Shown: positions 18,039-27,973 of the stretch, in pieces | Position numbering within the stretch: position 1 is the first letter of the stretch | Layout of the letters: each line of letters starts with the position of its first letter | NCBI GenBank assembly: GCA_965205015.1 | Contig: OZ242029.1 | Location: forward strand, 3,008,001 to 3,072,000 | Direction of reading: 5' to 3' | From: Candidatus Poribacteria bacterium | Lineage (GTDB): Bacteria > Poribacteria > WGA-4E > WGA-3G | Length of the DNA: 64,000 bases | Notes under the pieces: model-generated | The model's database searches: none | The model's input: only the letters and a program-made list of their open reading frames with translations | Told to the model about the DNA's origin: nothing | Program-made: the position numbers and the translations under genes

Positions 18039-21000
18039 ATGAAACATATCAGATCCTTCGTTCTCGTTTTCTTAACAGTCATCACACTTGGGTGTATTGG
18101 GACGGCAGCTGCGCAAGAGAACCTTGCACAACAGGCGTATGCGATCTTTCAACAGAACTGCCTCAGATGCCATGGTGAGCATGGTAACTTCACAGAGGCA
18201 TTCGTCATCCAGCCCTCATCTCCACAGACATTGGTTCAATCAGGTGTGGTCGTCCCAGGGGAACCCCTGGAATCCGTGGTCTATACGCGGCTCCTTGAGG
18301 CTGATCTCGCAAAACGGATGCCTCTCAGACAACCTGCACTCTCCCCACAAGCGATTCTGACGATTGGTAATTGGATCCTTGCAGGCGCGCCGAGTTGGGA
18401 AGTTCAACGCGATGACTTTATTACGACTGATACGATGCTCACTACCATGGAAAAGCATCTCGGAACGCTGGACCCCTTTGACCGTCCCTCAGCACGCTAT
18501 TTTACGACCACACATCTCTATAACGCTGGTGAAGGTTCAGAACCCCTCCGTGCTGCTGAGATTGCCGTCTCAAAGTTGGTGAACAGTCTCTCGTGGAGTT
18601 TCGATATCGTCAAGCCGCTGCCGGTTGACACACAACGGACGATCTTCTATATCGACTTACGCGATTATGAATGGGATGTCCGAGACGTATGGACGCAGAT
18701 TGAAGCCGTGTATCCCTATACTATTGAGTTTGATGCCGCAACACATGCCGGTCTACATAAAAAACTGGTGGAGCTCCGGCGAGAGATGGAATGTAAGGTG
18801 CCGTTCGTACAAGCGGATTGGTTTCTGGCGACGGCTTCGCTACCGCCCTTGTATCATGACATTCTCGGCCTGCCGGAGACGGATCGGCAGTTGGAGCGGG
18901 AACTGGGTATAGATGTTGAACAGAATCTGCAGCGGGCACCGGGGCGGAGCGTCTGGCGTGCGGGAACGAACGCTTCGATAGTATCGGAGAACAACCGCGT
19001 CGTAGAGCGACACAAGTCTCGATATGGTGCGTATTGGAAAAGTTACGATTTTGCGGGCAATGTGGGTAGGCAGAATATCTTCAACTATCCGTTGTCTTTC
19101 AGACAGGATGGGGGTGAGATTATCTTCAATCTTCCGAATGGGTTACAGGCGTATTATATCTCGGATGGGTCAGGGAATCGGATAGACGAGGCACCGCCTG
19201 AGATTGTACCTAACCCGATTGCGACGGATAAGATCGTGCGGAATGGCATCTCTTGTATCGGTTGCCACACCGAGGGTATGAAGACGTTTAAAGATGAGGT
19301 TCGGGCAGTAATAACAGAGACGGCGAACCCTACTTATGATAGGGATCAAGCCTTGCGCTTATATGTGGAAGCGGCTGTGATGGATCGTTATGTTGAGCAG
19401 GATACCGAACATTATAGAACAGCACTTGAAGCGACGGGGGACACGTTTGGGGGTATTGTGGAGCCTGTGCATCGTTTCTACGAGGCGTTTCAAGGTGCGT
19501 TGGATGCGGGACATGCTGCGGCTGCCCTCGGCATGGAGACGGAAGTGTTCCTTGAAAAGATCGGTAATGAGCCAAGTTTACAGTCCTTAGGATTGACGGG
19601 ATTGCTGAGTGGTGGGAGTGTGAAGCGTGATGTATGGGAGTCTAACTTTTCGGATGTGGTTGCGTGTGTGTATAGTGATGAGTGTGCAGAACAACTTCCG
19701 CCCCCACTTCCACCGTCTGATGATCTAATTCCCGATGTGAACCTGCGGGCGGCGATTGCGGAGACATTGGGAATACCCTCGGGCACTTCAATCAAGCCGG
19801 AGGATTTAGTGCGATTGACGAGACTCGTCGCTGATGAGCAAGGGATAACCGACTTAAGGGGACTTGAATATGCGGAACGCCTTGAACGGATTGAATTGCG
19901 ACGCAACGAGATTTCGGACCTCTCCCCGATCGCCGAGTTGATACGACTGAATAACATCAAGTTGCGAGGGAATAGGATTAAAGATGTGTCGCCGCTTGCG
20001 GGCTTAATTAATGTGGATTGGTTAGGACTTGAAGAGAACCAAATCACTGATTTATCACCCCTGCAGGGGTTAAAGAAGTTGAACGGGATCGGGATTTCGG
20101 GGAACCCGGTATCAGACGTGTCGTCGCTGGTGGGTCTTATCAGTCTTGAACGGATAGACGCGTGGCGGACCCCTATTTCGGATTTCTCTGCTTTAGCGAA
20201 ACTTCCAAGGCTCCGATGGATAGAACTCGGCAACGATAGAGCCATCTCAAAGGTTCCTTCCCTAAAGGGATTAAAAGCACTCCGACGCTTGGAGATCCGA
20301 GGCTGCAACGTCTCCGACCTTTCCGCGCTCACGGAATTGAGAACATTGCAATGGCTCAGTCTCGTCGATAACACGATCTCGGATGTATCGCCGTTGGCAC
20401 AGTTAACGAGGTTGGAGCATCTCAACCTTGATGCCAATCTCATCTCCGATGTGAAGCCACTTGCAGCGTTAACAAGATTGGAAGTGCTTTACCTTGAAAA
20501 TAACGCCATCTCCGACGTATCGTCGCTTGCAGGGTTCAAAAACTTGGATCGACTCGACCTTCGGAATAATGCTATCTCTGACTTCTCGTCATTGGAAGGC
20601 TTACCCGATAAGACATTCGTTCGAATGGATGGCAATCCGGGGTTCCCTTCAGGCGGTCCGAAGATAACGGGTCCTTGGTTGTGGGCGATAGTCCCCGGGA
20701 CACGGCTTGATGACAGGACAGATTTCCTATCACGAGCGACAAGCGGTGCTGCCACAGAAATAAAGGTATCGACAAACGGTGCGAAGGAAGGGAAGGCTGT
20801 TGGAAAGCGTAAATGGGCATTGCATTCAATCTCGGCGACCGATTCGGATAACATCAACCGAATGACAGCGGCACTCGGTTGGGGAACACGAGAGGAGATA
20901 TACGATCATATCGTCTACGGATCGGTTATCTTGGAGGCTCCAAAAGAACAGCAGACACAGATGCTCGTCGGCTCTGATGATGCCGTCAAAGTCTGGCTCA

Positions 21001-21932
21001 ATGGTGAATTGGTGCATTCGGCACTCGTTGCGCGCGGGGCAGGCGATTATCAAGACTTCTTCCCTGTTACCTTGAAACAGGGGAAAAATGCGTTGTTAGT
21101 CGCCCTCGATAACCGCGGGCACGGAGGGTTCAGCGGATTTTTTGGGTTTGCCCCCGACGCAAAATATACCGTGTTCCGTCCGAGCCTGAATTTCGTTTTT
21201 CAGAGGGATACGACTCCGATAGCCGTCGGAGACAGTTTTACTGTTAATCTGAACGTCGAAAACGTTACCGATGTGGGAGGCTGGCAAGCCGACCTGACCT
21301 TCGATCCGAAGGTGCTAACAGCACGTAGTGTCACCGAAGGCGATTTCCTAAAGCAGGATGAAGGCGAAACTTTCTTCCAAAAAGGCACTATCAAGAATCA
21401 GGTTGGTAAGATCACGGGCATTAAGGCGGCACGACTGACACAGAAGCCTGTGAGAGGACACGGCACCCTCTTGTCTATTACCTTTAGGGCACTCCGAAAT
21501 GGGGAATCAAAATTGACGCTCCAAAACTTTCAGGTTGGCACACGGAGAGGCGAGAAAACCCGTTCTATCCCACCGGAGATTACCATCGTTGTTGGAAACT
21601 CCGCGCCTGCAGCACCTACAGCACACGGCATTCCACCGGATCGGACACAACTCCTTGTAAACTATCCAAATCCGTTCAACCCAGAGACGTGGATACCCTA
21701 TCAACTCTCGGAACCCGCGCACGTCACAGTGCGTATCTATGCAACAAGTGGTGTCTTGGTTCGGAGGTTAGGGCTCGGACATCAACCTGCGGGGTATTAT
21801 ACGAACAGAAGCCGTGCGGCGTATTGGGATGGGAAAAACGCTGTGGGTGAGTCAGTTGCGAGCGGTGTCTATTTCTATACGCTCACTGCTGGCGATTTCA
21901 CGGCTACTGGCAAAATGTTGATACGGAAGTAA
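18039..21932 (+). CDS. Secreted multidomain protein: cytochrome c (2x CxxCH) + LRR + beta-sandwich + cohesin + FlgD-Ig/T9SS-like tail
   Basis: CLRCH with distal RMP, CIGCH, LRR block, GSDDAVKVWLNG, cohesin-like VGDSFTVNLNVENVTDVGGWQADLTFDPKVL...GTLLSITF, NYPNPFNPETW. Confidence 0.88.
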   Translation: MKHIRSFVLVFLTVITLGCIGTAAAQENLAQQAYAIFQQNCLRCHGEHGNFTEAFVIQPSSPQTLVQSGVVVPGEPLESVVYTRLLEADLAKRMPLRQPALSPQAILTIGNWILAGAPSWEVQRDDFITTDTMLTTMEKHLGTLDPFDRPSARYFTTTHLYNAGEGSEPLRAAEIAVSKLVNSLSWSFDIVKPLPVDTQRTIFYIDLRDYEWDVRDVWTQIEAVYPYTIEFDAATHAGLHKKLVELRREMECKVPFVQADWFLATASLPPLYHDILGLPETDRQLERELGIDVEQNLQRAPGRSVWRAGTNASIVSENNRVVERHKSRYGAYWKSYDFAGNVGRQNIFNYPLSFRQDGGEIIFNLPNGLQAYYISDGSGNRIDEAPPEIVPNPIATDKIVRNGISCIGCHTEGMKTFKDEVRAVITETANPTYDRDQALRLYVEAAVMDRYVEQDTEHYRTALEATGDTFGGIVEPVHRFYEAFQGALDAGHAAAALGMETEVFLEKIGNEPSLQSLGLTGLLSGGSVKRDVWESNFSDVVACVYSDECAEQLPPPLPPSDDLIPDVNLRAAIAETLGIPSGTSIKPEDLVRLTRLVADEQGITDLRGLEYAERLERIELRRNEISDLSPIAELIRLNNIKLRGNRIKDVSPLAGLINVDWLGLEENQITDLSPLQGLKKLNGIGISGNPVSDVSSLVGLISLERIDAWRTPISDFSALAKLPRLRWIELGNDRAISKVPSLKGLKALRRLEIRGCNVSDLSALTELRTLQWLSLVDNTISDVSPLAQLTRLEHLNLDANLISDVKPLAALTRLEVLYLENNAISDVSSLAGFKNLDRLDLRNNAISDFSSLEGLPDKTFVRMDGNPGFPSGGPKITGPWLWAIVPGTRLDDRTDFLSRATSGAATEIKVSTNGAKEGKAVGKRKWALHSISATDSDNINRMTAALGWGTREEIYDHIVYGSVILEAPKEQQTQMLVGSDDAVKVWLNGELVHSALVARGAGDYQDFFPVTLKQGKNALLVALDNRGHGGFSGFFGFAPDAKYTVFRPSLNFVFQRDTTPIAVGDSFTVNLNVENVTDVGGWQADLTFDPKVLTARSVTEGDFLKQDEGETFFQKGTIKNQVGKITGIKAARLTQKPVRGHGTLLSITFRALRNGESKLTLQNFQVGTRRGEKTRSIPPEITIVVGNSAPAAPTAHGIPPDRTQLLVNYPNPFNPETWIPYQLSEPAHVTVRIYATSGVLVRRLGLGHQPAGYYTNRSRAAYWDGKNAVGESVASGVYFYTLTAGDFTATGKMLIRK

Positions 21933-21962
21933 GGGTTGGGGAACCCAGCCCCTACGTGCTGA

Positions 21963-22328
21963 TTACTGATTGCTATAAAAACCGAGGAAAGCAATATCTC
22001 GTAAGCCCCGGAAAAGTCGTCGTCGGACTTTGAAACGGCTCTTTGCCCAACTTTCGATATATTTTACGGCATCACGCGGAACGAGCTGCGTAAAACGACA
22101 CGGCTTCCCAATGAATAGCGGCGGACCCCATTGAAATAGATGGAGCCCAAAACGGAGTTGCTTGCGTAACGCTTTTGGTAAGTGCTGGACAAACGCATCA
22201 ATCACGATGATTGGAATGTCCAATGTGGTATCTTCTGAAACGCCTACCATATACGTGCATACGGATTTGAGGATATCGTGTTCAACCTCGGTGAAAAAAT
22301 AGGTGGCTTTTGAAGTCGTTCTAAACAT
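21963..22328 (-). CDS. Small hypothetical protein, gluconate 2-dehydrogenase subunit 3-like
   Basis: RFTQL.P.....Y...W..S....RR.LF.GLR.IA.LGFYS pattern. Confidence 0.6.
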   Translation of the reverse strand: MFRTTSKATYFFTEVEHDILKSVCTYMVGVSEDTTLDIPIIVIDAFVQHLPKALRKQLRFGLHLFQWGPPLFIGKPCRFTQLVPRDAVKYIESWAKSRFKVRRRLFRGLRDIAFLGFYSNQ

Positions 22329-22411
22329 CAGTTTGATAGTCCTGCATTAGCGTTAGCACGTAATGAAATTAGGTTCTCCTTAAATGGCATAATTTGTCTT
22401 TGCTTTACATT

Positions 22412-22486
22412 TGGAGTGCGGATGTGAAGGAATGCACTTGAGCGTTCAGACGCCCGTTGTTTCTCCGCAAGGTATCTTAAAAAAAA
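22412..22486 (+). repeat. Element L, degenerate copy, antisense to both neighbours; overlaps the stop of 22477..23376
   Basis: TGGAGTGCGGATGTGAAGG...TCTCCGCAAGGTATCTTAAAAAAAA. Confidence 0.65.
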
Positions 22487-23376
22487 GATTCGCATAATTC
22501 TCGCGCTTCTACCACCGGTTCCACTTCACAGTGCCGAATTTCCAACACCTTCAAGATATCCGATGGGAGTTGTTCAAAGAGTGTGTCCCACTCCAAGTCC
22601 CCGGTCCCCGGTGGGTGATATGCCTCAAGTCCTTGTAGGTCGTGGAGATTCACGCCGACGAGGTGTTCTGCATAACGATCGAGCCACGCATCTGCCCAGC
22701 ACACGCCGAGTCTTTCCTGCAGCGCGGCATGTCCTATGTCGTGCCAATACCGCATTGGACTGCCATAAAACGCCTCAAAGAACAACCCAACCTCGTCAAA
22801 ATTCGGGATTTGGTGGTAGTGTGGACGATTCTCAATGGCGATACAAAGTTCCATCTTCAAGGCATACTCGTTGAGTGCATCAAGACTCCGTAACACTGCA
22901 TCCTGATGTTTCGTTTCCTTACGCTTTCGCCACTCTGTGGCTTCGGTCACTTTTTGGCCGAAGGCTTCAAACTCGCGCTCGCCGTAATTGTAGAGGTCCC
23001 GCATCAGATAGGACCTGTTGTAGGTGTCAACTTCGCCGAGATGAAGGACGACAATTGGCACCTCCAATTCAACAGCGAGTTCCATCGTTTGGACGGTACG
23101 CCGGACAGCCTCCAGTCGCTCGTCTATATTGAGACTCGAAAGTAAAATTTTATCCTGTTCCGCCTCTGCTTGCGACGTTCCGGGAAGGATGGGACAGAAG
23201 TTGTGGATCGAACAGGGCGGGTTTTGGCGGAGATACGGCTTGAGCTGCTCTACCTGATCCGGTGTGAGATGTCTGCTGAGTTCGAGCGTTTCAAAGCCAA
23301 GATTTTTGAGAGCATCGAACAGCGCTGCACCGTCCTGTTGCTTCAAGGCGTTCCACAGTGTTGAAATCGCTAACAT
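22477..23376 (-). CDS. Sugar phosphate isomerase/epimerase (xylose isomerase-like TIM barrel)
   Basis: SIHNFCP, VVLHLG, IENR, WHDIGH, NLHD, H.PPG.G. Confidence 0.85.
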   Translation of the reverse strand: MLAISTLWNALKQQDGAALFDALKNLGFETLELSRHLTPDQVEQLKPYLRQNPPCSIHNFCPILPGTSQAEAEQDKILLSSLNIDERLEAVRRTVQTMELAVELEVPIVVLHLGEVDTYNRSYLMRDLYNYGEREFEAFGQKVTEATEWRKRKETKHQDAVLRSLDALNEYALKMELCIAIENRPHYHQIPNFDEVGLFFEAFYGSPMRYWHDIGHAALQERLGVCWADAWLDRYAEHLVGVNLHDLQGLEAYHPPGTGDLEWDTLFEQLPSDILKVLEIRHCEVEPVVEARELCESFF

Positions 23377-23476
23377 TCTTTTAATTATACCTTGCGGATA
23401 AGTGAAGCCTGTTTGGGCTTTGATGGTTTCCGTGTTCGAGCCGCCTGCTCCGTTGTCGCAGGCTGCATTTTTGGTA
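23377..23476 (-). repeat. Element L copy
   Basis: TACCAAAAATGCAGCCTGC-GACAACGGA-GCAGGCGGCTCGAACACGGAAACCATCAAAG...CTTATCCGCAAGGTATAATTAAAAGA-ATG. Confidence 0.85.
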
Positions 23477-23510
23477 AAGAGTCGTGAGTAAAACTCACTC
23501 TTACAAACTC

Positions 23511-24131
23511 CTAAAGTCCTGATTCAGACGATTCTACAATAACTTTTCGTCCTTCAATTTTCAACCGACCTTGTGCGAACCATTTGATAACTTCCGGGTA
23601 GAGTTTATGCTCCTCAACCTGAATGCGGTTGTGTAAACTCTCCTCATCGTCCGTATCCAAAACGGGCACAGCCGACTGGGCAATAATGGGACCTGAATCC
23701 ACATCCTCATCGACAAAATGAACGGTGACACCGGCGATCTTCACACCGTATGCCAATGTATCAGCAACGGGATGCGCGCCCGGAAATGCTGGTAAAAGCG
23801 TTGGATGAACGTTGATAATCCGGTTCCGGTATTTTTGCACAAAGGGCGGTTGGAACAACTTCATAAAGCCCGCGAGGACTATTAATTCAACGGCATAGTG
23901 CTCAATGACCCTTGAAATCTCTGCGTCAAAATTGAGGCGGCTTTCATGATCCCGCACTCTAACAACGTGTGTTGGTATACCCGCACGCTTTGCGCGTGTG
24001 AGTGCGTAAGCCTTGCGCCGATCACTGAGGACAACTGCGATGTTTATACCACTTGTCTCGTCTTGATGTAGCTGCTCAATCAGGGTTTGCAGATTGGTCC
24101 CACTCCCTGAAACGAGGACTGCGATCTTCAA
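23511..24131 (-). CDS. purN: Phosphoribosylglycinamide formyltransferase
   Basis: AVLVSGSGTNLQ, LAGFM, INVHPTLLPAFPG, GVTVHFVDE..DSGPII.Q; TTG start at 24131 with AAAGGA RBS. Confidence 0.96.
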   Translation of the reverse strand: MKIAVLVSGSGTNLQTLIEQLHQDETSGINIAVVLSDRRKAYALTRAKRAGIPTHVVRVRDHESRLNFDAEISRVIEHYAVELIVLAGFMKLFQPPFVQKYRNRIINVHPTLLPAFPGAHPVADTLAYGVKIAGVTVHFVDEDVDSGPIIAQSAVPVLDTDDEESLHNRIQVEEHKLYPEVIKWFAQGRLKIEGRKVIVESSESGL

Positions 24132-24141
24132 TATTAATCCT

Positions 24142-25956
24142 TTACCAGTACGAATTGTTTGTCGTATGTCCCTCTGGAATCGGCACCCAGACCCCACCGG
24201 TTTGGATTGCTACCTGTTGCTGGAAATCGTCGTAAGTGCCAACAACACTGACGAGGACATGTTTTTGTTGTAACATTTGGATAATCGCGAGTGCTGAGTA
24301 TTCACCCTCCGCGGGTTCATCTGTAATTAGGATGAAATAGGGTTGTGCCTTCGGACGAAGTTTTAGCCGTCGGAGTCCTTCCACTACGGCGTCCAATAAC
24401 ATTTCATCGCCTTGGCACGGCAATTCAACGATTTTCCGAACCTGTTTAAGCGTTTGTGGTGGATTGAAAACGTTGACGATGTTTACAGAGGCACGCGATC
24501 GGAAACGCACCACCCCCATCTGATAGTCTATAAGCGCGTTATCCAAATCGCGAACAAGGAGGTCGAGTTGTTTCAAAAAATGCGGAAGTTTATCGTCCAT
24601 ACTTTTGCTACTGTCAACGAACAGAACAATATCGATTGGGGTGTTCCGACTGAGTTGTAGCGCGGCACTCCCGACTTTCGTAATATCTGTCCATTGTGCT
24701 TGGCGTAGTAATGCTGCTCTGTTTCGTGCGTACATCGGTACTTTAGGGGGTTGTGCGGTTTGCGGTTGTGGTTCTTCAGGAATGACATGCCACTTGCCCC
24801 CCGTTTCAGAAGCAAGTCTCTGGTGTTCAGTGAGAGGAAGTCCAAGCACATTTACATAGATACCAAATTCCCGGCAGTATGCGATGACATCTTCCACCTC
24901 TAATCCGTCCCGACTTGTGAAATGTTCATCCGTAACGAGAATAAAATGTTTTTTGGACGTAGGGCGGAATCGGAGTTCTTTGACAGTCTGAACGACAGCA
25001 TCCAAAGCGTTTTCGTCCTGATGTACCTCGATCGCTTGCAGGGTCCGTTTGTAGTTTGTGAAGCTTTTTGTGAGTTGGACAACTCTGATTCTATTTCGGT
25101 TCTTATTCGCCCAGAATTCCGTCACACCGAGCGCATAATCTATCTTAGAGGCTTTGTATACATCCACCATCTCGCTCAAGTGTTCTACAACGGATTTGAT
25201 ATTATCGCGCATACTCCCGCTGGCGTCAATGATGAATACCACGTCGATTGGACCGCCGCCACTGGTTTCGACGATCTCTTGTGCAAGCGTCTTCATAAGC
25301 ACCGAAAACGGAATATGTGGTAACGCCTTCCGCTTCTCGCTAATTTCTGCCAACAGTGCCGGGGACAATCCCTCCTCTTCTTTTAATATTTTAAGTGTTG
25401 AAATCTCTGGGGCACGTTGAATCCTTGGGGGCCCAGAACGTTTTGCGCCGAAGGTGGTATCTCCTGCTGGACTTGCGGCTTCCGTTTTCGACAAACTGCC
25501 TTCAACATCCTGAAGCGTGCGAGTCGCTGTGCTGACTTCGTTCCAGTTTTTTCTTGACAGATCTAAAGAGGGCGATGGATTTTCTGTTTTAACGTCATCT
25601 CGCAAGCTGCGTCCTAAGGCAGGACGTGGCGTTTCAGTGTTCACAGCAACGGGGGATGCGAGAGAGGGTGGCGACTCCCCAGTGCTGACATGCGGATTTA
25701 TGAGTTCACGTTCGGAAGCGAGAAAACGCGGCGAAACCTTTTTCAACGCCGACTTCGGTCGAGGTGTGTTATCGACAGAAATGAGCTCGGCAGCCAAGCC
25801 TGCTTTATCTGATGCTATTGGCTGATTCCGCACCACGAGGTAAAACGTTGTGATGAAAAAAAAGAGGTGGAATATCAGCGAGATGAGTAACGCGCTACGC
25901 GTTCCAGATTTCGCTTTCTGTGAAATGAGCAGCGCTCTACGCGTTAAAAGTGTCAT
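24142..25956 (-). CDS. Membrane-anchored protein with Pro/Ser-rich linker and two vWA domains
   Basis: TM helix ISLIFHLFF, DVVFIIDASGSM and DIVLFVDSSKSM MIDAS motifs, ILVTDE / ILITDE. Confidence 0.85.
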   Translation of the reverse strand: MTLLTRRALLISQKAKSGTRSALLISLIFHLFFFITTFYLVVRNQPIASDKAGLAAELISVDNTPRPKSALKKVSPRFLASERELINPHVSTGESPPSLASPVAVNTETPRPALGRSLRDDVKTENPSPSLDLSRKNWNEVSTATRTLQDVEGSLSKTEAASPAGDTTFGAKRSGPPRIQRAPEISTLKILKEEEGLSPALLAEISEKRKALPHIPFSVLMKTLAQEIVETSGGGPIDVVFIIDASGSMRDNIKSVVEHLSEMVDVYKASKIDYALGVTEFWANKNRNRIRVVQLTKSFTNYKRTLQAIEVHQDENALDAVVQTVKELRFRPTSKKHFILVTDEHFTSRDGLEVEDVIAYCREFGIYVNVLGLPLTEHQRLASETGGKWHVIPEEPQPQTAQPPKVPMYARNRAALLRQAQWTDITKVGSAALQLSRNTPIDIVLFVDSSKSMDDKLPHFLKQLDLLVRDLDNALIDYQMGVVRFRSRASVNIVNVFNPPQTLKQVRKIVELPCQGDEMLLDAVVEGLRRLKLRPKAQPYFILITDEPAEGEYSALAIIQMLQQKHVLVSVVGTYDDFQQQVAIQTGGVWVPIPEGHTTNNSYW

Positions 25957-26546
25957 TATTTTTGCTGGAGATAGGTTGTGAGTAACCGTTTTGGCGGCTC
26001 GTGTTGAATCACTTCAAAGGAAATTAATTTTTCACCGTTCAGTTCTTGTGATTTCTTCTGTAGGGGCGAGGTGACCTCGCCCCTACTCCCAAACCTACTG
26101 CTGGGGGATTGGTAAAGCGTCGCCCCCACCATCGTAAAAACGGCGAAGGTCAGTACAAATATGTAAACTGGACTGCGCGTCCGAATATTGTAGCGGAGTT
26201 TGTCAGCGAACATTGAGCCGTGTCGCGCCCATCCAAGCGATACCCCGATGAACCGTGTGGCATGGGACCAAAGCGAGTCGTATTGTCTCTGGTATTTCGT
26301 TGTGTCCGATACGCGCGCCATGACGCTGCTCAAAAAGTCATCAGAGACTTCGATCTCACCGCCTCGGCGTAGGAAATCGTCGGTTTGCTGCAACCGCTGG
26401 ACCTGATTGGTACAAGTCGCACACTTTTTAAGGTGCTGTCGGATGAGATGGCGTTTCCATACTGGCAATTCTTTATCAATATAAGCTGACAGTTCGTCCC
26501 GGCTCGCAAGCTGCGCTTCACATGTCATCTGTTTATTTTTTTTCAT
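25956..26546 (-). CDS. Zinc-binding anti-sigma factor (zf-HC2) with TM helix
   Basis: LSAYIDKEL...HLKKCATC (HxxxCxxC), TM helix; follows the ECF sigma gene. Confidence 0.85.
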   Translation of the reverse strand: MKKNKQMTCEAQLASRDELSAYIDKELPVWKRHLIRQHLKKCATCTNQVQRLQQTDDFLRRGGEIEVSDDFLSSVMARVSDTTKYQRQYDSLWSHATRFIGVSLGWARHGSMFADKLRYNIRTRSPVYIFVLTFAVFTMVGATLYQSPSSRFGSRGEVTSPLQKKSQELNGEKLISFEVIQHEPPKRLLTTYLQQK

Positions 26547-27135
26547 TGATACTTTCCTCCGCTATTCCCGCCTTGATGAGCAGTTTTCTCATTTTTTGCC
26601 GCGCGCGGTGAATCAACGCTTTCACAGCACCTACTGAGCATCCCAGAATTTTCGAAACCTCTTCATACTGTAAGTCTTGATAGGTAACGAGCGTGAGTGC
26701 CAGGCGTTGATTTTCTGGTAGCTGTGCGAGTGCTTTGCGGATAATCTGTCTCTGTTCTTTTTTCTCTAAGAGCAGGTCCGGCAGGTAGCGGGTATCCTGC
26801 ATGATGTTGGCATGGTAAACATCTTCGCCTTCTTCGACCAGATCTTCAAAAAAATAGGTGTTTCGACGTGTACGGTTCCGAATCTCATTTCGACACAAAT
26901 TCGTCGCAATTGTATAGAGCCAACTTTTGAAGGATGCCGTCGGCTCATAACGGTTCGCACTTTTGAACACACGCAGGAACGTTTCTTGGGAAAGGTCTTC
27001 CGCGCGTTGATAATCGTCAATGGAGCGGTGAATGTAGTTAATTAAAGGGTTCTGATATCGCCTTACCAGCAGCTCGAAGGCGCTCATATCCCCTTTACTG
27101 CATTTCACCATCAAGTCTTCATCCGAAACAAACAT
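26533..27135 (-). CDS. ECF sigma-70 factor
   Basis: GDMSAFELLVRRY, AEDLSQETFLRV, FKSWLYTIATN, region 4 YEEVSKILGCSVGAVKALIHRAR. Confidence 0.95.
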   Translation of the reverse strand: MFVSDEDLMVKCSKGDMSAFELLVRRYQNPLINYIHRSIDDYQRAEDLSQETFLRVFKSANRYEPTASFKSWLYTIATNLCRNEIRNRTRRNTYFFEDLVEEGEDVYHANIMQDTRYLPDLLLEKKEQRQIIRKALAQLPENQRLALTLVTYQDLQYEEVSKILGCSVGAVKALIHRARQKMRKLLIKAGIAEESINEKK

Positions 27136-27224
27136 TTTTTTAATTTACCTTGCGAATAAGCGTCGGGCTTTATTTTAACGGGTTTCGTGTTCGAGTTCGG
27201 TTGTTGCAAGCTGCGTTTTTGGTA
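27136..27224 (-). repeat. Element L copy (3' arm of the 5' hairpin missing)
   Basis: TACCAAAAACGCAGCTTGCAACAACCGAACTCGAACACGAAA...CTTATTCGCAAGGTAAATTAAAAAA-ATG. Confidence 0.8.
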
Positions 27225-27232
27225 CGAATCTT

Positions 27233-27829
27233 TCACTTTTCCACGGATGGAGCCCCGGGTTGGGCTTCCGCGCCCTGGTCAAAATCCGATTGAAGTTTCA
27301 ATTTAAGTTTAAGGCGCATCGCTGTTTTATAGGCATTCACGGCTTCACGCCGCTTGCCCTGAAACGTATAGACTGTCCCGAGTTCAGAATGCAACTCAGG
27401 ATGGCTCGGTATAAAACGAATCGCACGCGTGTAAACGTCAATCGCCTCGTCATAGCGTTTGAGCAGCCGATACGTTGCTGCGAGATTGAGGTATGCCGTC
27501 GCTTCGCTCGGTTCGCACGCTATCGCCATTTTGTATGCATCTATTGCCTTTTCATACTCCTCCAGCATAAAATGTGCCAAACCGAGGTGGAAGTGCGCTT
27601 CAGCCGATTCGCGGTTGTACTGGATGACCTGCTGAAATTCTTGAATTGCTGTCGCGTAGTCTCGAACGTTTAAGGCGTCTGCCCCCTGTTTTAAGTGCTT
27701 CGCAGCGGTCTGGTGCGCGTGAATATCGACGCGCCCGCGCTGGATGAGTTCTTTTTGCAATCCGCTTGAAGGCACCGAGGATTTTTCAGGTGTTAAGGCA
27801 CGTTCTACACCGGTTTTACGCTCTTTCAT
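27233..27829 (-). CDS. Tetratricopeptide repeat protein
   Basis: Four TPR-like repeats (AHFHLGLAH, AYLNLAATY, LHSELGTVY). Confidence 0.88.
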   Translation of the reverse strand: MKERKTGVERALTPEKSSVPSSGLQKELIQRGRVDIHAHQTAAKHLKQGADALNVRDYATAIQEFQQVIQYNRESAEAHFHLGLAHFMLEEYEKAIDAYKMAIACEPSEATAYLNLAATYRLLKRYDEAIDVYTRAIRFIPSHPELHSELGTVYTFQGKRREAVNAYKTAMRLKLKLKLQSDFDQGAEAQPGAPSVEK

Positions 27830-27950
27830 TTTTTAATTTTACCTTGCGGATAAGGAACGTGGGTTAAGACTTTGACGTTCTCGTGTTCGAGTTGCTTGCT
27901 TGTTTTTGCTTGGGTGTTTTTGCGTATTGTTGCAAGCTGGGTTCTTGGTA
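27830..27950 (-). repeat. Element L copy with enlarged hairpin loop
   Basis: GCTTGC-[AACAATACGCAAAAACACCCAAGCAAAAACAA]-GCAAGC...CTCGAACACG...TCAAAG...CTTATCCGCAAGGTAAAATTAAAAA-ATG. Confidence 0.85.
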
Positions 27951-27973
27951 CTACTTTTTCACAACAGATATTT

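Noticed and set aside
15892-21932. Diversity-generating retroelement (similar 3' ends of two genes)
   Set aside because: No reverse transcriptase in the window; differences between the tails are not confined to adenines and fit ordinary paralogy
22385-22403. Sigma54-like TGGCAT...TTGC
   Set aside because: Spacing between GG and GC is wrong
24132-24197. Longer N-termini from the ORF track for purN (also trpA, HAD, DUF202, FGE proteins)
   Set aside because: They overlap neighbouring genes or promoters; downstream starts fit the RBS or promoter position and family alignments better
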